A stretch of DNA of 64,000 nucleotides, taken from Squalus acanthias (lineage: Eukaryota). The notes under the pieces are model-generated. The model had not been told where the DNA came from and searched no databases. It worked only from the letters and a program-made list of their open reading frames with translations. The position numbers and the translations under genes were made by a program. This document shows, piece after piece, positions 37,246-49,641 of this stretch (the stretch's first letter is position 1; each line of letters starts with the position of its first letter). The stretch covers positions 1,550,001 through 1,614,000 of the forward strand of contig JASTWF010000035.1 of the NCBI GenBank assembly GCA_030390025.1, in the 5' to 3' direction.

Positions 37246-38542
37246 TTACAAACAAAAGAGTGCACTAACAAATAGGGTCCGGGTAAGAAAAAATGGTAAT
37301 AAGACAAATAGGGCCATAGTTCAAAAAAATGTTAAGATGTCTAAAAATGTTAAAAAGACAAATCTAAAGGTACTGTATCTGAATGCACGAAGTATTCATA
37401 ATAAGGTAGACAAATTAACAGCGCAAATAGATGTAAACGGATACGATATAATTGCGATTACGGAGACATGGCTGCAGGGTGACCAAGGCTGGGAGCTGAA
37501 TATCCAAGGATATTTGATATTTAGGAAGGACAGGCAAAAAGGAAAAGGAGGTGGGGTGGCATTGTTAGTAAAGATGAAATCAGAGCAATAGTGAGAAAGG
37601 ATATTGGCTCAGAAAATCAAGATGTAGAATCAGTCTGGGTGGAGCTAAGAAGCACCAAGGGGCAGAAAACATTGGTGGGAGTTGTCTATAGGCCACCAAA
37701 CAGTAGTGGTAATGTAGGGGATGGCATCAAACAGGAAATTAGAGAAGCATGTAACAAGGGTACTACAGTAATCATGGGTGACTTTAATCTACATATAGAC
37801 TGGCCAAACCAAATTAGCAATAATACTATGGAGGATGAATTCCTAGAGTGTGTACGAGATGGATTTTTAGACCAGTACATTGAGGAGCCAACTAGGGAAC
37901 AGGCTATCCTAGATTGGGTATGGTGCAATGAGAAGGGGTTAATTAATAATCTTGTGGTGCCGGTTCCTTTCAGGAAGAGTTACCATAACATGATAGAATT
38001 CTTCATTAAGATGGAAAGTGAAGTAGCCCAATCCGAAACTAGGGTCCTAAATCTAAACAAAGGAAACTACGATGGTACGAGGAGTGAGTTGGCTATGATA
38101 GATTGGGGAGCTTCATTAAAAGGCATGACAGTGGATAGGCAATGGCTAACATTTAAGGAATGAATGCATAAATTGCAACAGTTATTCATTCCTTTCTGGC
38201 GCAAAAACGCAAAAGGAAAAGCGGCCTAACCATGGCTAACAAAAGAAATTAAGGATAGTATTAGATCCAAAGAGGAGTCATATAAAGTTGCCAGAAAAAG
38301 TAGCAAACCTGAGGATTGGGAGCAGTTTAGAGTTCAGCAAAAAAGGACCAAGAGATTGATTAGATGGGGAAAAATAGAGTATGAGAGTAAACTTGCAAGG
38401 AACATAAAAGCGGATTGTAAAAGCTTCTACAAGTATGTAAAAAGAAAAAGATTAGTGAAGACAAATGTAGGTCCCTTCCAGTCAGAAACAGGAGAATTTA
38501 TAATGGGGAACAAGGAAATGGCTGAGCAATTAAACAAATACA
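37246..38542 (+). mobile_element. CR1 ORF2 endonuclease fragment, same subfamily as 310-6140
   Basis: Near-identical to about 2217-3511. Confidence 0.9.
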
Positions 38543-38638
38543 AAAAGAAAATACTGCAGATGCTGGAAATCTGAAATAAAAACAGAAAATGCTGGAGACA
38601 CTCAGCAGGTCAGGCAGCATCTGTGAAGAGAGAAACAG

Positions 38639-38675
38639 AGTTAACGTTTCAGATCGATGACCTTTCGTCAGAACT
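38639..38675 (-). ncRNA. Minimal hammerhead ribozyme motif
   Basis: Reverse complement AGTT-CTGACGA-A-AGGTC(ATC)GATCT-GAAACGTT-AACT; the stem II change gives a G-U pair. Confidence 0.75.
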
Positions 38676-39942
38676 GGAAAAAAAGCAGGACATGGAACAG
38701 ATTTTTAAGCAAGTGTAGGGGCTGGGAAAGGGGGGAGGGGATGAAAGAACAAAAGGGAAGGTCTGTGATAGGATAGCAGGCAGGAGAGGTTAAGAGACAT
38801 TAAGAGATATTCAAGGCAAAAGGAGATGGTAATGGGACAGGTTAAGAAACAAAGGATGGCTCTAGATGAAGTGTGAATTGCGCTGGCAGAATGAAGGACA
38901 GCTGCCATGTGGGAGGGAAGAAAAAAGACACAGACAAAAAGTGTGGATAAAAAATATATATATGATAGGGGCCGGGGTTATGATCTGAAATTGTTGAACT
39001 CAATGTTGAGTCCAGAAGGCTGTAAAGTGCCTAATCGAAAGATGAGGTGCTGTTCCTCGAGCTTACGCTGAGCTTCAGTGGAACAATGCAAGAGGCCGAG
39101 GAAGGTGAGGTCTGAGTGGGAGTGGAGCGGAGAATTAAAGTGACAGGCGACCGGAAGCTCGGGGTCCCCCTTATGGACTGAACGGAGGTGTTCCGCAAAG
39201 CGGTCACCCAATCTGCGTTTGGTCTCTCCAATGTAGAGGAGACCGCATCGTGAGCAGCGAATGCAGTATTTTTCCTCAACCGAGGATTCCCCTCTACTGT
39301 GGTTGACACGGCCCTTGACCGTGTCCGTTCTATTTCCCGCACTTCTGCCCTCACCCCTGCCCCTCCCTCCCGGAACCACGATAGAGTTCCCCTTGTCCTC
39401 ACCTTTCACCCCACCAGCCTCCACATTCAACGGATCATCCTCCGTCGACAGCGGCGGAGGAGGAGCCTTTCTTTCTTCCACAGAGCGGTCGGCAGCGGGG
39501 AAGGAGGAGCGGACCTGGTTGGAGCGGCGGGAGCGGCGGCGAGTCGATAAAGGGAGCCCCGAGGCTCAGGTAGGCCTCACACCAGCGTCGACAGCGGCGG
39601 AGGAGGAGCCTTTCTTTCTTCCACAGAGCGGTCGGCAGCGGGGAAGGAGGAGCGGACCTGGTTGGAGCGGCGGCGAGTCGATAAAGGGAGCCCCGAGGCT
39701 CAGGTAGGCCTCACACCAGCGTCGACAACGGCGGAGGAGGAGCCTTTCTTTCTTCCACAGAGCAGTCAGCAGCGGGGAAGGAGCTTCGCGGGCTTTTTTC
39801 AAAATCAGAGGGCGGGGCCAATTCATTGGTACCCGTATATAGGTGGAGCTGTTGCTAAGCCCGAGACACTACACTAGTAGTGTCTCCCACCCTCCCACCT
39901 CCTCTAACCTTTAGGGGTAGAGGGAATTTAAAAGGTAGGTTC

Positions 39943-40340
39943 ATAAGAACATAAGAAATAGGAGCAGGAGTAGGCCAATCGGCCCCTCGAGCCTGCTCCG
40001 CCATTCAATAAGATCATGGCTGATCTGATCCTAACCGCCAATCTACAATCTATCACAGAACCATCTCCTGCATCTAACAGAATTGCACACACGAAATAGG
40101 AGCAGAATCAGGCTACACAGTCCCTGGGCCCGCTCCACTAACCACAGGGCCATGACCGATCCGAACCTAGACTCATGTCCAAATTCCTGCCCGCTCCCCG
40201 TAACCCTTAATGCCCTTTACTTCTAGGAAACTGTCTATTTCTGTTTTAAATTTAATTAATGTTGTAGCTTCTACAGCTTTTTGTGGCAGCATATTCCATG
40301 GACCTACCACCCTCTGAGTGAAGTAGTTCCTCCTCATCTC
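39943..40340 (-). mobile_element. Antisense CR1 3'-end insertion in the 5' UTR of the CR1 at 39445
   Basis: AGGTTC duplicated (39937-39942, 40341-40346); absent from the sister copy near 52490. Confidence 0.85.
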
Positions 40341-40402
40341 AGGTTCGATTTATATTTTGTTTTCAGGGACTTAACTTAATAAAGTAATATAAGGGTTAAG
40401 TC

Positions 40403-41425
40403 ATGGCAGGAAATCTCGGATTCGTGTCGTGCTCCTCCTGTGCTATGTGGGAAATCAGGGACACTTCCAGTGTCCCTGACAACTATGTGTGCAGGAAGTG
40501 CGTCCAGCTGCAGCTCCTGATGGACCGCATGGCGGCACTGGAGCTGCGGATGGACTCACTCTGGAGCATCCACGATGCCGAGAACTTTGTGGATTACTCA
40601 TTTAGTGAGTTGAACACACCGCGGGTAAAGGCTAGGTCAGACAGTAAATGGGTGACCAAGAGGCAGGGCAATATCAGGAAGGTAGTGCAGGAGTCCCCTG
40701 CGGTCGTCTCCCTCCAAAACAGATATACTGTTTTGGATACTGTTGGGGGAAATGACCTACCAGGGGAAGGCACCAGCAGCCAGGTTCATGGCACCATGGC
40801 TGGCTCTGCTGCACAGCAGGGCGGGAAAAAGAATGGTAGAGCTATAGTGATCGGGGACTCAATTGTAAGGGGAATAGACAGGAGTTTCTGTGGCCGCAAC
40901 CGAGATTCCAGGATGGTATGTTGCCTCCCTGGTGCAAGGGTCAAGGATGTCTCGGAGCGGCTGCAGAACATTCTGGAAAGGGAGGGTGAAGAGCCAGCTG
41001 TCGTGGTGCATGTAGGTACCAACGATATAGGTAAAAAGCGGGAAGAGGTCCTACAAGCAGAATTTAGGGAGCTAGGAGCTAAATTGAAAAGTAGGACCTC
41101 AAAGGTAGTAATCTCTGGGTTGCTACCAGTGCCACGTGCTAATCAGAGTAGCATGAACAGGATAGCGAGATTAAATACGTGGCTTGAGCAGTGGTGCAGG
41201 AGGGAGGGATTCAAATACCTGAGGCATTGGAACCAGTTCTGGGGGAAGTGGGACCTGTACAAAAGGGACGGTCTGCACTTGGGCAGGACTGGAACCGATG
41301 TCCTCGGGGTAATATTTGCTAAGGCAGTTCGGGAGGATTTAAACTTATATGGCAGGGGAATGGGAACCTATGTAGCGAAACAGGGGGAAGTAATATGCAG
41401 TCAGAAACAAATGTTAGAAGGGTGA
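40403..41425 (+). CDS. CR1 ORF1 (Zn finger, coiled coil, SGNH esterase); stop lost relative to the sister copy
   Basis: CSSCAMW..CRKC, IGDSIVRG, HVGTND, DGLH. The TAA of the sister copy is TTA here. Confidence 0.9.
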   Translation: MAGNLGFVSCSSCAMWEIRDTSSVPDNYVCRKCVQLQLLMDRMAALELRMDSLWSIHDAENFVDYSFSELNTPRVKARSDSKWVTKRQGNIRKVVQESPAVVSLQNRYTVLDTVGGNDLPGEGTSSQVHGTMAGSAAQQGGKKNGRAIVIGDSIVRGIDRSFCGRNRDSRMVCCLPGARVKDVSERLQNILEREGEEPAVVVHVGTNDIGKKREEVLQAEFRELGAKLKSRTSKVVISGLLPVPRANQSSMNRIARLNTWLEQWCRREGFKYLRHWNQFWGKWDLYKRDGLHLGRTGTDVLGVIFAKAVREDLNLYGRGMGTYVAKQGEVICSQKQMLEG

Positions 41426-44330
41426 GAAACAATAAGGGAAATCTGAGTAAACAAAGGCAAGAAACACAAAGGGCCATACTAAATCATAAGTCTAAAAGGA
41501 CAAAGGGTGTTAATAAAACAAGCCTAAAGGCTCTGTGTCTTAATGCAAGGAGTATCCGTAATAAGGTGGATGAATTGACTGTGCAAATTGATGTTAACGG
41601 ATATGATGTGATTGGGATTACAGAGACGTGGCTCCAGAACAATCAAGGCTGGGAACTGAATATCCAGGGGTATTCAACATTCAGGACGGATAGAATAAAA
41701 GGAAAAGGTGGTTGGGTAGCATTGCTGGTTAAAAAGGAGATTAATGCAATAGCTAGGAAGGACATTAGCTTGTCGGATGTGGAATCAATATGGGTTGAGC
41801 TGCAGAACACCAAAGGGCAGAAAACGTTAGTGGGGGTTGTGTACAGACCTCCAAACAGTAGTAGTGAGGTGGGGGAGGGTATGAAACAGGAAATCAGAGG
41901 TGCATGCAAAAAAGGCGCAGCAGTTATCATGGGTGACTTTAATATGCATATAGATTGGGCTACTCAAACTGGAAGCAATACGGTGGAGGAGGATTTCCTG
42001 GAGTGTTTAAGGGATGGTTTCCTAAACCAACATGTTGAGGAACCAACTAGAGGGGAGGCCATCCTGGACTGGGTGTTGTGTAATGAGGAAGGACTAATCA
42101 GCAATCTTGTGGTGCGAGGCCCCTTGGGGAAGAGTGACCATAGTATGGTGGAGTTCTACATTAGGATGGAGAAGGAAACAGTTAATTCAGAGACCATGGT
42201 CCAGAACTTAAATAAGGGCAACTTTGAGGGTATGAGGCGTGAATTGGCAAGGTTAGATTGGCAAGCGATATTTAAGGGGATATCAGTGGAAGGGCAATGG
42301 CAGACATTTAGAGATCGCATGGATGAACTACAGCAATTGTACATCCCTGTCTGGCGTAAAAATAAAAAAGGGAAGGTGGCTCAACCATGGCTAACAAGGG
42401 AAATCAGGGATAGTATTAAAAGCAAGGAAGTGGCATACAAATTGGCCAGAAGTAGCAGCAAACCCGGGGACTGGGAGAACTTTAAAACTCAGCAGAGGAG
42501 GACGAAGGGTTTGATTAGGGCAGGGAAAATAAAATATGAAAGGAAGCTTGCGGAGAACATTAAAACGGACTGCAAAAGCTTCTATAAATATGTAAAAAGA
42601 AAGAGGTTAGTAAAAACAAACGTAGGTCCCCTGCAGTCAGAAACAGGGGAAGTCATAATGGGGAACAAAGAAATGGCAGATCAATTGAACAAGTACTTTG
42701 GTTCGGTGTTTACTGTGGAGGACACAAACAACCTTCCGGAAATAAAAGAGATCAAAGGATCTGGTAAGAGGGAGGAGCTGAGGGAAATCCTTATCAGTCG
42801 GGAAAAGGTGTTGGGGAAATTGATGGGACTGAAGGCTGATAAATCCCCAGGGCCTGATGGTCTGCATCCCAGAGTACTTAAGGAGGTGGCCTTGGAAATA
42901 GTGGATGCATTGACGATCATTTTCCAACATTCCTTAGACTCTGGATCCGTTCCGAAGGAGTGGAGGGTGGCTAATGTAACCCCTCTTTTTATAAAAGGAG
43001 GGAGGGAGAAAGCAGGGAATTATAGACCGGTCAGCCTGACATCGGTGGTGGGTAAAATGATGGAATCAATTATTAAAGATGTCATAACAGACCATTTGGA
43101 AAGTGGCGACATGATAGGTCCAAGTCAGCATGGATTTGTGAAAGGGAAATCATGCTTGACAAATCTTCTGGAATTTTTTGAGGATGTTTCCAATAGGGTG
43201 GACGGGGGGAACCAGTAGATGTGGTGTATTTGGACTTTCAGAAGGCCTTCGACAAGGTCCCACACAAGAGATTGGTGTGCAAAGTTAAAGCACATGGGAT
43301 TGGGGGTAATGTGTTGACGTGGATTGAGAACTGGTTGGCACACAGGAAACAAAGAGTAGGAGTAAATGGGTACTTTTCAGAATGGCAGGCAGTGACCAGC
43401 GGGGTACCGCAGGGTTCGGTGCTGGGGCCCCAGCTGTTTACATTATATATTAATGATTTGGACGAAGGGATTAATTGTAATATCTCCAAATTTGCGGATG
43501 ACACTAAATTAGGAGGCAGTGTGAACAATGAGGAGGATGCTAGGAGGCTACAGAGTGACTTGCACAGGTTGGATGAATGGGCAAATGTATCGCAGATGAA
43601 GTACAATGTGGATAAATGTGAGGTTATCCACTTTGGTGGTAAAAATAGGGAGGCAGACTATTACCTGAATGGTGGCAGATTAGGGAAAGGGGAGGTGCAA
43701 CGAGACCTGGGCGTCATGGTACATCAGTCACTGAAGGTGGGAATGCAAGTGCAGCAGGCAGTCAAGAAAGCAAACGGAATGATGGCCTTCATAGTAAGGG
43801 GATTTGAGTACAGGAGTAGGGAGGTGATGCTACAGTTGTACAGGGCCTTGGTGAGGCCACACCTGGAGTATTGTGTGCAGTTTTGGTCTCCTAACTTGAG
43901 GAAGGACATTCTTGCTATTGAGGGAGTGCAACGAAGGTTCACTAGATTGATTCCTGGGATGGCCAGACTGACATATCAAGAAAGACTGGATCAACTGAAC
44001 TTGTATCCTCTGGAGTTCAGAAGAATGAGGGGGGATCTTATAGAGACGTTTAAAATCCTGACTGGTTTAGACAAATTAGATGCGGGCAGAATGTTTCCAA
44101 TGTTAGGGGAAACTAAAACCAGGGGTCACAGTCTAAGGATAAAGGGGAAGCCATTTAAGACTGAGATGAGGGGGAACTTCTTCACCCAGAGAGTGGTGAA
44201 TCTGTGGAATTCTCTACCACAGAAGGTTGTTGAGGCCAGTTCGCTAAATATATTCAAAAGGGAGTTAGATATAATACTCACAACTAGGGGGATCAAGGGG
44301 TATGGCGAGAAAGCAGGAATGGGGTACTGA
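41395..44330 (+). pseudogene. CR1 ORF2 with a single 1-bp deletion
   Basis: GACGGGGGGAACC at 43201 versus GACAGGGGGGAACC at 55381. Confidence 0.92.
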
Positions 44331-47300
44331 GGTAGCATGTTCAGCTATGAACGCATTAAATGGCGGTGCAGGCTCGAGGGACCGAATGGTCTACTCCTGC
44401 ACCTATTTTCTATGTTTCTATGTTTCTATTTCCGCCACCTCCAGCGTGATCCCACCACCAAACGCATCTTTCCCTCACCTCCCCTTTCAGCATTCCGCAG
44501 GGACCGCTCCCTCCATGACACCCTGGTCCACTCCTCTATCACCACCAACACCCCTTCCCCTTCGCCCGGCACCTTCTCGTGCAAGCGCAGGAGATGCAAC
44601 ACCTGCCCTTATACCTCCCCCCTTCCCACTGTCCAGGGCCCCAAACACCCCTTCCAGGTGAAACAGCGATTTACTTGTAATTCTTGCAATCTGGTATACT
44701 GTATTCGCTGCTCACGATGTGGTCTCCTCTACATTGGGGAGACCAAACGCAGATTGGGTGACTGCTTTGCGGAACACCTCCGTTCAGTCCATAAGGGTGA
44801 CCCCGAGCTTCCGGTCGCCTGTCACTTTAATTCTCCGCTCCACTCCCACTCAGACTGCACCGTCCTCGGCCTCTTGCATTGTTCCACTGAAGCTCAGCGT
44901 AAGCTCGAGGAACAGCACCTCATCTTTCGATTAGGTACTTTACAGCCTTCTGGACTCAACATTGAGTTCAACAATTTCAGCTCATAACCTCGGCCCCTAT
45001 CATATATATATTTTTTATCCACACTTTTTGTCTGTGTCTTTTTTTCTCTCTCCCACATGGCAGCTGTCTTTCATTCTGCCAGCACAATTTACACTTCATC
45101 CAGAGCCATCCTTTGTTTCTTAACCTGTCCCATTACCATCTCCTTTTGCCTTGAATATCTCTTAATGTCTCTTAACCTCTCCTGCCTTCTATCCTATCAC
45201 AGACCTTCCCTTTTGTTCTTTCATCCCCTCCGCTTTCCCAGCCCCTGCACTTGCCACAGCTCAGCAGGTTTTAAAGTTCAGCTTGAAAATTGTATCAAAA
45301 AGGGCTTCTCTTCCTTACAGGCTGACAAGGTAGATGCTAAAGGCTGTTTCCTCTGGCTACAGAGTATAGAACTAGGGGCCATCGTCTCAGGAGAAGTGGC
45401 CAGCCATTTAGGACCGAATTGAGGAGAAATTTCTCCAGTCAGCGGGTTGTGAATCTTTGAAATTCTCCAACCCAGAGGGCTGTGGATGCTCAGTCGTTGA
45501 GTATATTCAAGACAATAGTAAGAATAAAACGTGACAGACCACCCGGCATCGACCTAGGCACCGGATTCGAACACGACAAAGGCATACCCAGCCCAGTTGA
45601 CCTTGCAAAGTCCTCCTCACTAACATCTGGGGACTTGTGCCAAAATTGGGAGAGCTGTCCCACAGATTAGTCAAGCAACAGCCTGACATAGTCATACTCA
45701 CAGAATCATACCTTTCAACCAACATCCCAGACTCCTCCATCCCCATCCGTGGGCATGCCCTTTCCTACCGGCAAGACAAACCCACCAGAGGCTGCGGCAC
45801 AGTGGTATACAGTCGGGAGGGAGTGGCCCTGGGAGTCCTCAACATTGACTCCGGACCCCATGAAGTCTCATGGCTTCAGGTCAAACATAGGCAAGGAAAC
45901 CTCCTGCTGATTACCAGCTACTGCCCTCCCTCAGCTGATGAATCAGTACTCCTCCATGTTGAACACCACTTGGAAGAAGCACTGAGGGTAGCAAGGGCAC
46001 AGAATGTACTCTGGGTGGGGGGCTTCAATGTACATCACCAAGAGTGGCTCGGTAGCACCACTAGTGACTGAGCTGGCCGAGTCCTGAAGGACATAGCTGC
46101 TAGACTGGGTCTGCGGCAGGTGGTGAGAGAACCAACATGAGGAAAAAACCTACTTGACATTGTCCTCACCAATCTACCTGTCGCAGATGCATCTGTCCGT
46201 GACCGTATTGGTAGGAGTGACCACCACACAGTCCTTTTGGAAATGAAGTTCCATCTTCACGTGTTGTGTGGCACTACCACCGTGTTAAATGGGATAGATT
46301 CAGAACAGATCTAGCAGCTCAAAACTGGGCATCCTTGAGGCGCTGTGGGCCATCAGCAGCAGCAGATTCCACCACAATCTGTAACCTCATGGCCTGGCAT
46401 ATTCCTCACTGTACCATTACCATTAAGCCAGGGGACCAACCCTGGTTCAATGAGCAGTTTAGAAGAGCATGCCAGGAGCAGCACCAGGAATACCTAAAAA
46501 TGAGGTGCATACCTTGTGAAGCTACAACACAGGACTACATGCATGCTAGACAGAGCTAAGTGATCCCACAATCAATGCAGCAGTTCAAAGCTCTGCAGTC
46601 CTGCCATATCCAGTCGTGAATGGTGGTGGACAATTAAACAACTAACGGGAGGATGAGGCTCCATGAACAACCCCATCCTCAATGATGGTGGAGCCCAGCA
46701 CGTGAGTGCAAAAGACAAGGCTGAAGCGTTTGCAACCATCTTCAGCCAGAAGTGCCGAGTGGATGGTCCATGTCGGCCTCCTCCTGAGGGCCCCACCATC
46801 ATGGAAGCCAGTCTTCAGCCAATTCGATTCACTCCACGTGATATCAAGAAACGGCTGAGCGCACTGGATACAGCAAAGGCTATGGGCCCCAACAACATCC
46901 CGGCTATCGTGCTGAAGACTTGTGCTCCAGAACTTGCCGCGCCTCTAGCCAAGCTGTTCCAGTACAGCAACAACACTGGCATCTACCCGACAATGTGGAA
47001 AATTGCCCAGGTGTGTCCTGTCCACAAAAAGCAGGACAAATCCAATTCGTCCAATTACTGCCCCATCAGTCTACTCTCAATCATCAGCAAAGTGATGGAA
47101 GGTGTCGTCGACAGTGTTATCAAGCGGTACTTACTCACCAATAACCTGCTCACCGATAGTCAGTTTGGGTATCGCCAGGACCACTCGGTTCCAGACCTCA
47201 TTACAGTCTTGGCCCAAACATGGACAAAAGAGCTGAATTCCAGAGGTGAGATGAGAGTGACTGCCCTTGACATCAAGGCAGCATTTGACCGAGTGTGGCA

Positions 47301-47766
47301 TCAAGGAGCCCTCGTAAAACTGAAGTCAATGGGAATCAGGGGAAAAATTCTCCACTGGTTGGAGTCATACCCAGCACAAAGGAAGATATTTGTAGTTGTT
47401 GGAGGTCAATCATCTCAGCCCCAGCATATCGCTGCAGGATTCCTCAGGGCAGTGTCCTAGGCCCAACCATCTTCAGCTGCTTCATCAATGACCTCCCCTC
47501 CATCATAGTGGGGATGTTCGCTGATGATTGCACTGTGTTCAATTACATTCACAACTCCTCAGATAATGAAGCAAACCATGTTCGCATGCAGAAAGACCTG
47601 GACGACATTCAGGCTTGGGCTGATAAGTGGGAAGTAACATTCACGCCACACAAATGCCAGCCAATGACTATCTCCAACAAGAGAAAGTTTAACTACCAAT
47701 CCCCCAACATCAACCTCCTGAGGGTCACCATTGATCAGAAACTTAACTGGACCATCCACATAAATA

Positions 47767-48549
47767 AAAACAGAAAATGCTAGAAATACTCAGCAGGTTA
47801 GGCAGCATCTGTGGAGACAGAAACAAAGTTAACGTTTCAGGTCGATGACCCTTCATCAGAACTGGAAAAAGCTGGAGATGGAACAGGTTTTTAAACAAGT
47901 GCAGGGGCAGGGAAAGGGGGGAGGGGGAGGAAAGAACAAAAGGTAAGGTCTGTGATAGGATGGAAGGCAGGAGAGATTAAGAGACATTAAGAGATGGAGC
48001 AAGGCAAAAGGAGATGGTAATGGGATAAGTTAAGAAATAAAAGATGGCTCTAGATGAAGTGTAAATGGCACTGGCAGAATGAAAGACAGCTGCCATGTGG
48101 GAGAGAGAATTTTTTTTTTTAAATAAATGGAAAAAAAAGGATAGGGGCAGAGGTTATGGTCTGAAATTGTTGAACTCGATGTTGAGTCCGGAAGGCTGTA
48201 AAGTGCCTCATCGAAAGATGAGGTGCTGTTCCTCGAGCTTACGTTGAGCTTCATTGGAACAGTATAAGAGGCCGAGGACGGTGAGGTCTGAGTGGGAGTG
48301 GAGCGGAGAATTAAAGTGACAGGCGACCGGAAGTTCAGGGTCACCCTTATGGACTGAACGGAGGTGTTCCGCAAAGCGGTCACCCAATCTGTGTTTGGTC
48401 TCCCCAATGTAGAGGAGACCACATCGTGAGCAGCGAATACAGTATACTAGATTGCAAGAAGTACAAGTAAATCGCTGTTTCACCTGGAAGGAGTGTTTGG
48501 AGTCCTGGACAGTGGGAAGGGTGGAGTTAACATAAGTATTTATGGAGAG
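47767..48549 (-). mobile_element. Penelope-like GIY-YIG 3' fragment with TSD CCACATAAATA
   Basis: LVYCIRCSRCGLLYIGETKHRL; direct repeat at 47756-47766 and 48550-48560. Confidence 0.88.
47827..47863 (-). ncRNA. Minimal hammerhead ribozyme motif
   Basis: Reverse complement AGTT-CTGATGA-A-GGGTC(ATC)GACCT-GAAACGTT-AACT. Confidence 0.78.
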
Positions 48550-49160
48550 CCACATAAATACTGTGGCTACAAGAGCAGGTCAGAGGTGAGGTATTCTGCG
48601 GCGAGTGTCTCACCTCCTGACTCCCCAAAGCCTTTCCACCATCTACAAGGCACAAGTCAGGAGTGTGATGGAATATTCTCCACTTGCCTGGATGAGTGCA
48701 GCTCCAACAACACTCAAGAAGCTCGACACCATCCAGGACAAAGCAGCCCGCTTGATTGGCACCCCATCCACCACCTTAAACATTCACTCCCTCCACCACC
48801 GGCGTACTGTGGCTGCCGTGTGTACCATCCACAAGATGTACTGCAGAAATTCACCAAGGCTTCTTCGACAGCACCTCCAAAACCAGCGACCTCTTCCACC
48901 TAGAAGGACAAGGGCAGCAGATGCATGGGAACACCATCACCTCCAAGTTCCCCTCCTAGTCACACACCATTCTGACTTGGAAATATATCACCGTTCCTTC
49001 ATCGTCGCTGGGTCAAAATCCTGGAACTCCCTCCCTAACAGCACTGTGAGAGTACCATCACCACACGGACTGCAGCGGTTTAAGGCGGCGGCTCACCACC
49101 ACCTTCTCAAGCGCAATTAGGGATGGGCATTAAATGATGGCTTTGCCAGCGATGCCCACA

Positions 49161-49640
49161 TGGTAGGAAGAATGAGGAGAGGCAATACATATTAAATGGT
49201 ATAGTTTTAAAGGGTGTGCAAGAACAGAGAGACCTGGGGGTGTTTGAGCACAAATCTTTGAAGGTGGCAGGAAAGGTTAACAAAGTAGTTAATAAAGCTT
49301 ATGAGATCCTGAGCTTTATCAAAAGAGGAATAGAGTACAAAAGCCAGGAAGTTATGCCTTATAAAACCTATATAAAACACTAGTTCAGCCCCAGCTGTGT
49401 ATTGTGTCCAATTCTGGGCACCGCACTTTAGGAAGGACGTGAAAGCTTTGGAGAGGGTACAGAAGAGAATTACTAGAATGATTCCAGGGATGAGGGATTA
49501 CAGTTATGTGGATAAACTGGAGAAGCTGGGGTTGTTCTACTTAGAGCAGAGAAGGCTAAGAGGAGATTCGATAAAATCATGAAGGGTTTAGATAGAGTAA
49601 ATAAAGAGAAACTGTTTCCAATGGCAGAAGACACAGATAA
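49161..49640 (+). mobile_element. CR1 RT C-terminal fragment
   Basis: [23 protein letters not shown]. Confidence 0.8.
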
Positions 49641-49641
49641 T

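Larger units (their letters stand above)
39445..44428 (+). mobile_element. Young, near full-length CR1 LINE (ORF1 open, ORF2 with one frameshift near 43205)
   Basis: About 121-bp 5' monomers, ORF1 40403-41425, ORF2 41395-43218 plus 43221-44330, (CTATGTTT)n tail; sister of 52052-56610. Confidence 0.95.
38543..45254. mobile_element. Penelope-like (Neptune-type) element with inverted terminal copy, split by a CR1 insertion
   Basis: Minus arm 38543-39268. Plus strand 39269-39444 (FLNRGFPS...RVPLVLTFHP...QRIILR) continues at 44429 (FRHLQRD...CKRRRCNTC...LVYCIRCSRCGLLYIGETKRRL...AEH...GLNIEF), which is a Cys linker plus GIY-YIG endonuclease. Confidence 0.85.
45515..49160 (+). mobile_element. Decayed LINE of the second CR1/L2-group family (APE plus RT), interrupted by a Penelope-like fragment
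   Basis: [55 protein letters not shown]; 3' end as at about 29520. Confidence 0.88.
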
